DNA of 62,914 nt, filler included. It is 5 parts of 5 records of this genome, joined end to end, with 100 filler letters (N's around TTAATTAATTAA, not from the genome) between each part and the next. Parts side by side here need not be neighbours in the genome. Positions count along the whole stretch, not along the records: positions 38,991 to 49,115 come from SRR31156797_4307; positions 49,216 to 55,861 come from SRR31156797_4330; positions 55,962 to 62,914 come from SRR31156797_4333; 2 more parts are not named here. One strand, given 5' to 3'. Below, piece by piece: positions 47,909 to 57,874 of the stretch. The position numbers and the translations under genes are program-made. Numbering within the stretch: position 1 is the first letter of the stretch; each line of letters opens with the position of its first letter. The notes beneath the pieces are model-generated. The model was not told the origin of the DNA. It made no database searches and worked only from the letters and a program-made list of their open reading frames with translations.

Positions 47909-48802
47909 TTATCCCAGAAACAGCCCCAGGGAAAAGAGAAGGCTGAACATGAGACCGAGCCTGGCTGTTTTGGCAAGGGTCCGGTTCAACGCCTCGCCGG
48001 ATACACGGGCGGTCTCGCAGATAAGTTTTACCGCCATGGGAAAAGAGAGCACGGCAACAAGGACGCCCCAGGGCATAAGCCCGGTGCCGCCCATTACCGG
48101 CAGAAGAAAGAACGAAGAGAGGAGAAGCGCAATATAGAGTCCAATGGTCCTGGCTGGGCCGATTTTCACGGCAAGGGTGTGCTTGCCCGCGGCCCGGTCC
48201 GTGGCGATATCCCGAAGGTTGTTGATCACCATGATGGCCGCGATCAAAAGCCCGGGGGGAATGGATCCCGCAAGGGCCGGCCAGGAAAGGGCCAGTGCCT
48301 GGACATAGTAGGTGCCGCAGACGGCCACAGGCCCGAAAAAGAGAAAGGCAAACACCTCGCCCAGGCCATTGGAGGCGATGGGATAGGGGCCTGCGCTATA
48401 GGCCAGGGCCGACAGGATGGAAACAAGACCGATCACCGCCACCGGAAGCCCTCCCCGGACCATGAGGTAGGCCCCGACACCGGTCGCTGCCGCAAAACAC
48501 AGGCCCATGGCGTTTCTTACCTGATGGGGAGGAATCAGCCCGGCCTGGGTCACCCGCACCGGCCCCTTCCGGTCACAATCATCGATGCCGCCCTTGAAAT
48601 CAAAATAGTCGTTGGCCAGGTTGACACCGATCTGAAGCAGCAGGGCGACCATAAGGGCTGCAACGGCTGCAACCGGATGAAACCCATCGGCTTTTACGGC
48701 AAGGGCTATCCCGATGCATACCGGTGCTGCCGCGGCAGGAAGGGTCTTAGGACGAACGGCCAGAAACCAGGCACCGTTTTTTGGGAGGGAAGACCGGATC
48801 AC
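47909..48802 (-). CDS. menA: 1,4-dihydroxy-2-naphthoate octaprenyltransferase
   Basis: RPKTL, NLANDYFDFKGGID, GLGE, NNLRDIATDRAAGKHTLAV. Confidence 0.93.
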   Translation of the reverse strand: MIRSSLPKNGAWFLAVRPKTLPAAAAPVCIGIALAVKADGFHPVAAVAALMVALLLQIGVNLANDYFDFKGGIDDCDRKGPVRVTQAGLIPPHQVRNAMGLCFAAATGVGAYLMVRGGLPVAVIGLVSILSALAYSAGPYPIASNGLGEVFAFLFFGPVAVCGTYYVQALALSWPALAGSIPPGLLIAAIMVINNLRDIATDRAAGKHTLAVKIGPARTIGLYIALLLSSFFLLPVMGGTGLMPWGVLVAVLSFPMAVKLICETARVSGEALNRTLAKTARLGLMFSLLFSLGLFLG

Positions 48803-48807
48803 CTGGG

Positions 48808-49029
48808 CTACTCCTCGGTTTTTTCAGGTTCCTCGAGTTCCTCGGGTTCCTGGTTCCCGAAACTTCGAACCAGGGTGTTGCAGTGGGGACAAACCATCTT
48901 GATCTCATCCACCTTGCCCCGAAACAGCTTTCCACCGCAATGGGGACAGAAATAATCGATCAAATCGTGGGTCGCCTTGACATTGCCCACCGTTTGGCTG
49001 GCACCCTTATTCTCGTGATCCAAAACCAT
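48808..49029 (-). CDS. Small zinc-ribbon protein (Com-like spacing)
   Basis: CPHCGGKLF...KMVCPHCNTL; AAGGAAG RBS before ATG 49029. Confidence 0.65.
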   Translation of the reverse strand: MVLDHENKGASQTVGNVKATHDLIDYFCPHCGGKLFRGKVDEIKMVCPHCNTLVRSFGNQEPEELEEPEKTEE

Positions 49030-49115
49030 AGATTTCTTCCTTTTTATTGTGCTGCGATCCTGCCGGACAGGGGAAGGACAAAGGCTGCCCTCCCCCTTGT
49101 CAGGCAATTAATTCA

Positions 49116-49215
49116 NNNNNNNNNNNNNNNNNNNNNNNNNNNNNNNNNNNNNNNNNNNNTTAATTAATTAANNNNNNNNNNNNNNNNNNNNNNNNNNNNN
49201 NNNNNNNNNNNNNNN
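49116..49215. other. Artificial contig spacer
   Basis: 44 N + TTAATTAATTAA + 44 N. Confidence 0.98.
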
Positions 49216-50210
49216 CGGTAGGAACGGGCTCTGGCCTCGTCATAGGATATGGCGCTCTCCCTCTTCTTCTCCTCCATAGTGGCGATCACCTCGCCCGCCT
49301 CGTTCCGCATCTCCATAAACAGGGTCCAGCGCACGTTCTTGTAGTCGTTGGCGAGGACCACGTCCTCCATCAGCATGCGGCCGGTAACGGAAAGCCGTCC
49401 GGCGCCGTCGCTTACAGAGAATCCCCTGTCGGTCAGGACCTGGGATACCATGGCCTCCAGCTTGCCCTGCCCGTCGCCCTCTATGGAAACGGAGAAAAGC
49501 ATCTGCTTCGCCGTATCCGCGTGAAGGGAGCGCAGCTCTCTGGGCTCGTAAGGCAGCATGACCATGCGGGCGAAAGGAGGGTTGATAATCTCCAGCTGCT
49601 CCCGCTTGGACGTGATCTCGGCATCCATGACCATGGCGGCGTCCAGGTAACCGTAGCGCCGGATCAGATCGCTCTCGTCTCCCGACTTGTCTATGAAATA
49701 GGCCGCCCGCTCGCCGTCGCGCTCGATCCTCTGGCGGTAGATCTGGGCCGTTTCCGCACGATCGATATAGGCGATCACATAGACCTTGCCCAGGGGGCTG
49801 GTCCAGCTCTCTCCGAAGTGGACGTTGATCAGGGTCTCGTCAGAGAGCTGGGTGATCGATTCGTCGGCGGTGGTTTCCAGGGTGGACTCCAGGATGGTCT
49901 TGCCGTCGGACAGATCGCTGTAACGGGTGGTTATTGTACTGTCCACCTTGATGGCGGTCCGGAAGATCCGGGCGAGGGAGGTCTTGGCGTTGTCCCGGGC
50001 CCCGTTCAGTGAGTTCCCTTCTCCGATCTCCACGAGGAACTTATCCTCGGGGTAGAGGCTGCCCTTGTCCCGCAGCCAGGAAGGCTCGCCCCCGGCATCG
50101 CTTTTGGCAGACGAGGAGGAAGAGCTTCCGCCCCCGGACGATGTGCTCACGCAGGAAGCCAGCAGCAGTACAGCAGCAACGGCGCCGAGTATGTATTTTT
50201 TCATTCTCAT
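49216..50210 (-). CDS. LPP20-like lipoprotein (3' truncated)
   Basis: AGGAG RBS, LLASC lipobox, Ser/Gly linker, PSW motif, ARDNAKTSLA. Confidence 0.75.
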
Positions 50211-50294
50211 GATAGCTCCTTGTCCTACCGAAGCTCCTGCGGAGCTTCGGTGATTTATTCCCATAGGGCCTAAGGGCCTCCATGTCATATGGCG

Positions 50295-51707
50295 TTACTG
50301 AAGATAAAACGACTCCACCAGATTGAACCGGTCAGGCTGGAGATTCATCACGCCCCGGTTATCCCGGAACAAAAGGGTGTTCCCGGCATAGTATTCAATC
50401 GCAACGGGATACTCACCCGGGGTCAGGCTCAGATCGACGGCATGGGCCCTCGCCGGGAAGTACTGGGAGATCCTGAGGTCCGCGTTCTCCGTGGCGTCCA
50501 CCGCCACATCGGCGGCCACGCCCAGGAGCAGTCCCAGAACCAGTCCGCCCGCGCTGTCGTCCATCTGATCCTTCATGGCCTGCTTCCCCGTTTCCTTGAC
50601 GATCCCTTTCGCAACGGTTCTCAGGATGGCCTTGCCGATGATCAGAGGCTGTTTGATCAGGAAGATCTCCTGGGAGATCTTCTCCATCTTCTCCAGCAGA
50701 GGCACTTCGACGGTCCGGTCACCCAGCCTCAACAGAACCTTGCTCACGTCGCTGCCCATCAGCTTCATCTGAGGGTACTGGAACTTGAAGTGCAAGCCTC
50801 CCTCGACTCCGGGCATGGCCAGGACGTTGAACCCGACCATCTCTTTGACATAATCCTCATTCTGATCGGTCATGGTGATCACGATCGCGCCGGGAATGGT
50901 GGTCAGATAGAGGGTCTTGGCGGTCTTGCGGGGGCTTATCCCCGAGAAGGCCATAACGCTGAGGGCGACCTGTCCCTCCTCCGTCGCCAGGACGGGGATC
51001 TCGGGTTGAGAGAAATTATAAAGGCCCTTCTGTTCCGCAAAGGCCTGGACGATCTTCTCGCCCTCGATCCGGGCATCGTCGAAACTCCTGTCGAAACGAT
51101 AGAGCAGCAAGCCCATATAACGGGCCAGCGCATCGTTATGAAAGCGGCTGTTCCGGGGCTCAATCTTTCCGTCCGCCTCTTCAGAGGCGTTGTACTCTTC
51201 GATCTGCTGACGGTATTTGTCCTCAAGAAGATTCAGCTTGATATGCACCCTGCGGATCTCCACAAGGGCGGACTCCGCGTCGCCCAGGGCGATATAGTTC
51301 AGCCCCTTGAAGACATTGAGATAGATATCCTCATAATCCTCGCCCGCGTATTCGAGGGCGTTATCGTTCAGCACCCCCGAAGCCACGGCCCGGGAAACGC
51401 TCTTCGTATAGAGCTCCTCTATCCCCCGCTCGGCCTCGGACAGAGCGGCATTGCTCTTTTCGAATTCGCCGGCATAGTGATAGAGCATCCCCACGTCCAG
51501 GTAGTAGAGGACGCGGTCTTTTTCCTTGTAGCTCTCGTTTTTATAGCTTTCGATTACGGCGCCGGCTCCGGCGAAATCCCTGCGGGCGACATACTCCTGC
51601 GCCTCTTCGTACTGATCCTGAATGGTCATGGTACTGGCGCAGGAGGAAAGGACCAGAACGGCCGCCAGCAGAACCGCGGCCGTTTTCCTACTTTGACTTG
51701 TTCTCAT
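50295..51707 (-). CDS. COG3014-like TPR lipoprotein
   Basis: LSSC lipobox; LYYLDVGML, SNAALSEAE, YAGEDYE, ALVEIRR, ADLR. Confidence 0.75.
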   Translation of the reverse strand: MRTSQSRKTAAVLLAAVLVLSSCASTMTIQDQYEEAQEYVARRDFAGAGAVIESYKNESYKEKDRVLYYLDVGMLYHYAGEFEKSNAALSEAERGIEELYTKSVSRAVASGVLNDNALEYAGEDYEDIYLNVFKGLNYIALGDAESALVEIRRVHIKLNLLEDKYRQQIEEYNASEEADGKIEPRNSRFHNDALARYMGLLLYRFDRSFDDARIEGEKIVQAFAEQKGLYNFSQPEIPVLATEEGQVALSVMAFSGISPRKTAKTLYLTTIPGAIVITMTDQNEDYVKEMVGFNVLAMPGVEGGLHFKFQYPQMKLMGSDVSKVLLRLGDRTVEVPLLEKMEKISQEIFLIKQPLIIGKAILRTVAKGIVKETGKQAMKDQMDDSAGGLVLGLLLGVAADVAVDATENADLRISQYFPARAHAVDLSLTPGEYPVAIEYYAGNTLLFRDNRGVMNLQPDRFNLVESFYLQ

Positions 51708-51710
51708 CGT

Positions 51711-52307
51711 TTACCATTTAGACTTGGACTGTTTGATAAACTTCTTAACCTCATTGGAACCGAGCCAAACCTTTTCGTTGGATTCCAGATGGATCAGTTC
51801 CATAGACACCTGATACTTGATAACCTTCTTGCCGTCTACCGCATCGGTGATAGACGTGATGAGCCCCTGCATCATAAAATCGGCGCCCGTCTCCTGGGCC
51901 AGAGCCTTGGCTGTCTCTTCGGAAGAATTGGACTGCTGATCCAGACGCTCGTCACGAACCTCCTGACGCTCGGCCTTGTTGGCGACGAAACGAACCCGTC
52001 CGCTGTTGATCAGTTCCTTCTCTATATCCTTGACGAAGGTCAGCACCTCGATATGCTCAGAGCTCTTGTTCCGTACAGAACCGACGATGACGACGGGCTT
52101 GGAGCCGTTGGCGACCAGGTAGTCGTCCAGCCAGGGACGGGAAAGGCAGTCGGATACGATCTCCTCCGCCGTCAGACGTGAATCCGTATCGTTCCAGCGA
52201 CCGCTCAGGTCGATGACCTCATCGCTTGCGGTCCTTTCCACCGTAGTCGAAGCGCAGCCGGCCAATACCATAACCACCAGAAGTACGGGAATCAATCGTT
52301 TTATCAT
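51711..52307 (-). CDS. LpoB-like (COG3417) lipoprotein
   Basis: LAGC lipobox; DLSGRWNDTD, VRNKSSEHI, LINSG, GADFM, YQVSMELI. Confidence 0.8.
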   Translation of the reverse strand: MIKRLIPVLLVVMVLAGCASTTVERTASDEVIDLSGRWNDTDSRLTAEEIVSDCLSRPWLDDYLVANGSKPVVIVGSVRNKSSEHIEVLTFVKDIEKELINSGRVRFVANKAERQEVRDERLDQQSNSSEETAKALAQETGADFMMQGLITSITDAVDGKKVIKYQVSMELIHLESNEKVWLGSNEVKKFIKQSKSKW

Positions 52308-52599
52308 GTTTATTTCTCCTCTAGTCAAATTCAAGCTGTTACATTAGACCAATAACAACATAATTTTTCATTTATGTCACCACGCGGCGCTCTCCCGGAG
52401 AGACGCGGTGAGACATTACTCTTATTGTAATCCATTTTAAATGAGGATCCACGAAAGAAAGACAATTTACAGGAGCTTTTCCCCTGCCCGCTCCGTATGG
52501 GGGATAGCAAAAGTGAGGCCTCCCCGCTCTTGAACAAAACGCCCTCATATTTGATAATCCTTTTAAGTTTAAATCAATCGATTTCAGGAGTTATCAAAC

Positions 52600-53919
52600 A
52601 TGAGCGAGAAAGGAAATTTCGGAGTAGCCCTAGTAGGATGCGGCATAGTCGGCGGTGGAACGGCAAAGGTTCTCACCCAGGACATCACATACCTGCGGGA
52701 GCGGACCGGACTTCCCCTTTCCCTTAAATACGTGGTGGAGCGCGATTACTCCAACGCCAGAGCCCTTGGCATCCCCGAAGATCTCTATGAGGAGGACTTC
52801 AACAAGGTTCTGGCCGACCCGGAAGTATTCCTCGTGGTTGAGCTTATCGGCGGCCTTACGGTTGCTAAAAAGATGATGACCAAGGCTCTGGAAGCCGGGA
52901 AGCATGTGGTCACCGCCAACAAGGCCCTTCTGGCCCACTACGGGCCCGAACTCTTCGCCCTGGCCCGCAGGGAGGGCGTCACCATCGGTTTCGAGGCCAG
53001 CTGCGGCGGGGGCATCCCCATCGTCAAGGCCCTGACCGACGGCCTGCTGGCCAACCGCATCGAGGCCATTTTCGGCATCGTCAACGGAACCTGCAACCAC
53101 ATCCTCACCGAGATGACCGAGAAGGGGCAGAGCTATAAAGAGGCCCTTCAGTCGGCCCAGAAGGCCGGATTGGCCGAGGCCGATCCCACCCTGGACGTCA
53201 CCGGAATGGACTCGGCCCACAAGCTGACCATCCTGGGCTCCCTGGCCTTCGGCGAGCAGGTGGACCTGGACTCGGTCCCCGTACAGGGAATCGATACGGT
53301 GGACCTCTACGATATCGAGACCGGCCGGGACCTGGGATACATCATGAAACTCCTGGCGGTAGGCCGGAAGACCGAAGGCGGGCTGGCCCTCAACGTGGCC
53401 CCCGCCTTTATCCATACGACCCATCCCCTGGCCCGGATCTCCGGCGCCTTCAACGCGGTCAGCGTCTACGGCCATGCCGTGGGACACACCATGTATATGG
53501 GACGGGGCGCCGGAAGCTCTCCCACCGCCTCCGCCGTGGTAGCCGATATAATCGCCGCGGGCCTGGGCATCACGGCCTCCGCCTTCGAAACCCTCAGCTT
53601 CTGGCCAGACAGGACGGAAAAGGCGAAGCAGCTTCCCCAGGACGAACTGGCCAGCCGCTACTACCTCCGTTTCATGGTCAGGGACCGGCCCGGAATCGTG
53701 GCGAAGATCAGCGCCATCCTCAGCAACGAGGGCATCAGCATCACCAGCCTCCTTCAGAAGGAGGAGGACGCGGCCACCGTTCCCCTGGTCATGACGACCC
53801 ACGAGGCGAAGGAGGGCGCTGTGGTCAGAGCGCTGGCGGCCATCGAGGCCCTGGAAGAGGTGGAAGAGGCCCCCTGCCGGATCCGGATCATCGAAGAGCA
53901 TCCCGAAACCATATGCTAG
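52600..53919 (+). CDS. hom: Homoserine dehydrogenase with C-terminal ACT domain
   Basis: GCGIVG, VVTANK, FEASCGGGIP, GIVNGT, AEADPTLDVTG, GRGAG, PTASAV. Confidence 0.95.
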   Translation: MSEKGNFGVALVGCGIVGGGTAKVLTQDITYLRERTGLPLSLKYVVERDYSNARALGIPEDLYEEDFNKVLADPEVFLVVELIGGLTVAKKMMTKALEAGKHVVTANKALLAHYGPELFALARREGVTIGFEASCGGGIPIVKALTDGLLANRIEAIFGIVNGTCNHILTEMTEKGQSYKEALQSAQKAGLAEADPTLDVTGMDSAHKLTILGSLAFGEQVDLDSVPVQGIDTVDLYDIETGRDLGYIMKLLAVGRKTEGGLALNVAPAFIHTTHPLARISGAFNAVSVYGHAVGHTMYMGRGAGSSPTASAVVADIIAAGLGITASAFETLSFWPDRTEKAKQLPQDELASRYYLRFMVRDRPGIVAKISAILSNEGISITSLLQKEEDAATVPLVMTTHEAKEGAVVRALAAIEALEEVEEAPCRIRIIEEHPETIC

Positions 53920-53927
53920 GGTAAAAG

Positions 53928-55861
53928 ATGATCGGACCGAAAGGAGTACTGGAACAGCTGAAGCGTCTTCTCAACTATCATCAGAAGACCCTCAGCGCAG
54001 CGGATTTCCTGGCCATCCTCTCCCCCTTCGTCAGCAAGGAGATGGACCTGAGAAGGGAGAAGACCTGGCTCAGGGATAAAGAGGACGATCCCCGGCGGCT
54101 CTACTACTTCTCGGCCGAATATCTGACCGGACGCCTTCTCCGGCAGAACCTGATATCCCTGGATCTGCTGGAGGACGTCAGGGAGCTGGCGGCCGAGCAC
54201 GGTCTGGATCTGACGGAGATCCTGGAACAGGAGTACGACCCCGGACTGGGAAACGGCGGCCTGGGCCGCCTGGCCTCCTGCTTCATGGACTCACTGGTAA
54301 ACATGGACCTCCCCGCCACAGGCTACGGCATCTGCTACAGGTACGGCCTTTTCCGGCAGAGGATAGAGAACTTCCGCCAGGTGGAGCACACCGACAACTG
54401 GCGCGACGGCGACCTGTGGGGTACGGAGGACAAGAACAGCTGCTACACCATCCCCTACGGCGGCAGCGTGAACATCACCGTGGACGACGCGGGAGAGCTG
54501 CGCTTCCGGCTCCAGCCGGAGAGCGAGGTGTGGGCCATCCCCGTAGACTATCCGGTGGGCGCCGTGAACAGCAGCCGGGTCCACCCCCTAAGGCTCTGGC
54601 GGGCAGAGTCTCCCGTGGGATTCCGCCTGGACCGGTTCAACAGCGAAGAACACGTCTCCGCCTTCCGGGAGATTAACGAGGCAGAGTCTCTGACGGCCGT
54701 CCTCTATCCCGGAGACCGGGGAGAAGAGGGAAAGCTGCTTCGCCTGAAACAGCAGTACTTCTTCGTCTCCGCCTCCCTTCAGGACATCCTGCACGACTTC
54801 AGGGAGAGCCGCGGCGGCGACTGGGACAGCCTGCCGGAAAAGGTTGTGATTCAGTTGAACGACACCCACCCGGTTCTGGCCATACCCGAACTGATGCGCC
54901 TGCTTCTGGACGAGGAGCTTCTGAGCTGGGACAAGGCCTGGGAGATCTGCCGCCGCGTGTTCGCCTATACAAACCACACCGTCCTGGAAGAGGCTCTGGA
55001 GAGGTGGCCCGTCCGTTATATCAGGCGCCTCTTTCCCCGGCTGATCATGATCATAGAGGAGATCCAGAGACGCCTGGAAGAGGAGCATCCCGGCTCCCCC
55101 CGGATCATCCGGGACGACTGCGTCCATATGGCGGCCCTGGCCGTGCACGGCAGCTTCTCCGTCAACGGCGTGGCCGCCCTCCACTCCCGGCTCCTGAAGG
55201 AGACGGTCCTCAAGGAATGGCACGCCCTCTATCCCGAGCGCTTCAACAACAAGACCAACGGCATCACCCACCGGCGCTGGCTGATGGAGTGCAATCCGGG
55301 GCTCAGCATGCTGATCGACGAGCTGATCGGCAGGGGATGGCGGAAGGAGCCCGAACGCCTCCGCGAGCTGGAAAGGTATGGAGCCGACAGCGCCGTCCTG
55401 GACCGGCTGGAGGGGCTGAAGCGTCAGAACAAGAGGGAATTCAGCCGCTGGCTGAAACAGAGCAAAGGGATCATCGCCGAGGAGGCGGGGATCTACGACT
55501 TCCATGTCAAAAGGCTGCATGAGTACAAGAGGCAGCTGCTGAACATCTTCTCCATCATCCGCCGCTATCTGAACCTGACCGGCGGACTCTATCCCGAGGC
55601 TCCCCATGTCTTCTTCATGGGCGGCAAAGCCGCCCCCGGTTACTACATGGCCAAGGAGATCATCTACCTGGCCGCCCGGACGGCACAGACGATAAACTCC
55701 GATCCCCGCTGCAGGGGGCGGCTGCAGTTCGTCTTCCTGCCCGGCTACACGGTAAGCATGGCGGAGAAGATCTTTCCCGCGGCCGAACTGTCCCAGCAGA
55801 TCTCCACAGCCGGCAAGGAGGCCTCGGGGACGGGGAACATGAAGTTCATGATGAACGGGGC
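53928..55861 (+). CDS. glgP: Glycogen/maltodextrin phosphorylase (3' truncated)
   Basis: GLGNGGLGRLASCF, LRLKQQYF, QLNDTHP, YTNHT, NKTNG, KRLHEYKRQ, EASGTGNMK. Confidence 0.95.
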
Positions 55862-55961
55862 NNNNNNNNNNNNNNNNNNNNNNNNNNNNNNNNNNNNNNN
55901 NNNNNTTAATTAATTAANNNNNNNNNNNNNNNNNNNNNNNNNNNNNNNNNNNNNNNNNNNN
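55862..55961. other. Artificial contig spacer
   Basis: 44 N + TTAATTAATTAA + 44 N. Confidence 0.98.
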
Positions 55962-56497
55962 TGCTTTTGAGTTATGTAAAAGGCAGGAATCAGCGGTCCA
56001 TGTTCCAGGGCTGTCAATTCAGACCAGTGCACAGAAACCCATTCCGTAGCCATCCGCTTCGCCGCTTCCCCTGCCGGCGTTTCCGTGTTCCTGGCCAGAA
56101 CCACATGCCCCGGCACGTCCATAAAAACATGGGCCAGGTTTTCGGGATACACGGCCTGCTCACTGGCAAACAGCTCGCCCAGGGACTGCAAGTCCCGCTT
56201 GCCGGAAACAAACTCGGGCAAGGAATGGCGGGCCAGTATGCTTGCTTCCCTCATAAGCCCCCGGATGTTCGTTTCCATGGCTTTTTTCGCAAGCAACACC
56301 TGAAGCGCCTGCTGCTCCTGAAAATAATTTTCATGCTGCAGAATGATCTTTTTATTGAAGTAGGAGGTGACCCCAAGCAATATGGCGATCACGAAAAGTA
56401 CAATAAAAACCAGAAACAGAATATGCTTCCGCTCTGAAACGGATGAAACCATATCGTCCTTGTTAATCTCAGGCTTTTGCATGGCCGTTGGGTCCAT
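55962..56497 (-). CDS. N-terminal fragment of a probable membrane sensor protein
   Basis: One TM helix followed by a long helical extracytoplasmic region; truncated; start uncertain. Confidence 0.55.
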
Positions 56498-56736
56498 TTC
56501 AACATCCTGCGTGACATTATAATCCAGGGCGATCAAACACAACTGCCTGCAATATAGCACAACTTTAACAGGTTACACCACTGGCGATACAATTCTTTGA
56601 TCAAGACCGCGTCACCCGGCTTTTTAGGGTAGTCTAATTTTATAAAGTTCTTGACACAATATCAGCCAGGCCTAATATAATCTATTTTTTTAATTAAATT
56701 TCTTTTTGCAATCTATTTAATAAAGGAAATAAGCTT

Positions 56737-57750
56737 TTGCATACAAAAATTTTAGCGAAAAACGGTTCAGGTAATTTTAAAGAACTGGCGACATCAAGCA
56801 CTCCCCTGTCTGCAGGTTCTTATGAAATTTCCATGGGAATGCCCAAGGACTCGGGGAAGGGTGTTATCAAAAAGATTAAGCTTCAATGCGGAATTATCCT
56901 GGCAATTTTGGATTATAAAACGTTCATGCCCTTTATTTCAACAAACAAAGATGAAGCGCCGGTATTCGGATTCAGTTTTTCTCTTTCCGGCAAAACAAAA
57001 ATGAACCTGCGTTGTCATGGGACCCCCCTGAACATAAGGGAGGGACAAAGCAATTGTTTTTATTATCCGGAGAAGACAGGTGTGTGTGAAGACTGTCCCG
57101 AGGATCACATCATCAGGGTTTCCTTACAGATAGAACCGGATCTTTTTCATGATCTCATGGAAAAAGAGTTGCAGGTGATGCCGGTGGGACTCAGCCGTCC
57201 TGCCGAAAAAGGATCTGGAGAGTATTTCAATGCCGTTGATATGATCACACCATCCATGCATGCGGTCCTGGACCAGATCATCCACTGCCCATACAGCGGA
57301 ACGGTCCGTCAATTGTTCCTGGAAGGAAAGGTCCTGGAACTTATGGCCTATAAGCTGGAGCAGCTGGCAGCAAAAAAAGTCAAACGCGATGACTGTATTT
57401 TTATAAAGCCGGACGACGTGGACCGCGTGCGTGAAGCGGAGAATTTACTGATAATCAATTTCCAAAATCCGCCGGGGCTCTCTGAACTTTCCCATCAAGT
57501 GGGCATGTCAAGGACAAAATTACTCAACACCTTTAAAAACGTTTATAATACGACCCCTGCGGGCTATATTCGAAAGCGGCGTCTTGAAAAAGCCAAACTC
57601 CTTTTGGAAAACGGCAAAATGAACGTCTCTGAAACCGCATATTTCGTAGGGTATTCAAGCCTCAGCCATTTTTCAATGGTGTTCCGGCAATATTACGGAA
57701 CGCTTCCCAGCCGCCATTATCACAAAAGGAGGTTGCAGCCCACCAGATAA
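56737..57750 (+). CDS. AraC-family regulator, PchR/YbtA-like
   Basis: CPYSGTVRQLFLEGKVLEL, PPGLSELS, VGYSSLSHFS; TTGACA at 56651 with a -10-like element at 56673-56681. Confidence 0.92.
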   Translation: MHTKILAKNGSGNFKELATSSTPLSAGSYEISMGMPKDSGKGVIKKIKLQCGIILAILDYKTFMPFISTNKDEAPVFGFSFSLSGKTKMNLRCHGTPLNIREGQSNCFYYPEKTGVCEDCPEDHIIRVSLQIEPDLFHDLMEKELQVMPVGLSRPAEKGSGEYFNAVDMITPSMHAVLDQIIHCPYSGTVRQLFLEGKVLELMAYKLEQLAAKKVKRDDCIFIKPDDVDRVREAENLLIINFQNPPGLSELSHQVGMSRTKLLNTFKNVYNTTPAGYIRKRRLEKAKLLLENGKMNVSETAYFVGYSSLSHFSMVFRQYYGTLPSRHYHKRRLQPTR

Positions 57751-57789
57751 AAAAGCATTCCACCGTCACAAAAAAGAATTCCTCCGTTA
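57749..57789 (+). promoter_or_regulatory. 21-bp-period direct repeat, putative AraC binding site
   Basis: AAAAAAGCATTCCACCGTCA / AAAAAAGAATTCCTCCGTTA (17 of 20 identical) upstream of the receptor gene. Confidence 0.65.
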
Positions 57790-57874
57790 GCGGAATATTT
57801 CCTTGTGCGTTATAAGGCAAGCAAAAGAAAAAAACACTCTTTTTTTTGCCGATACAACAAAGGGAGATAAGCCC

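Noticed and set aside
50289..52181. 630-aa plus-strand ORF
   Set aside because: Antisense to two lipoprotein genes; long shadow ORFs are expected with high GC3 codon bias.
52630..55607. Long minus-strand ORFs (423 aa and 339 aa)
   Set aside because: Antisense shadows of hom and glgP.
31448..55961. Recurring TTAATTAATTAA palindrome flanked by N runs as a biological repeat or att site
   Set aside because: The identical 44N-12-44N layout with stops in all frames marks it as an assembly linker.
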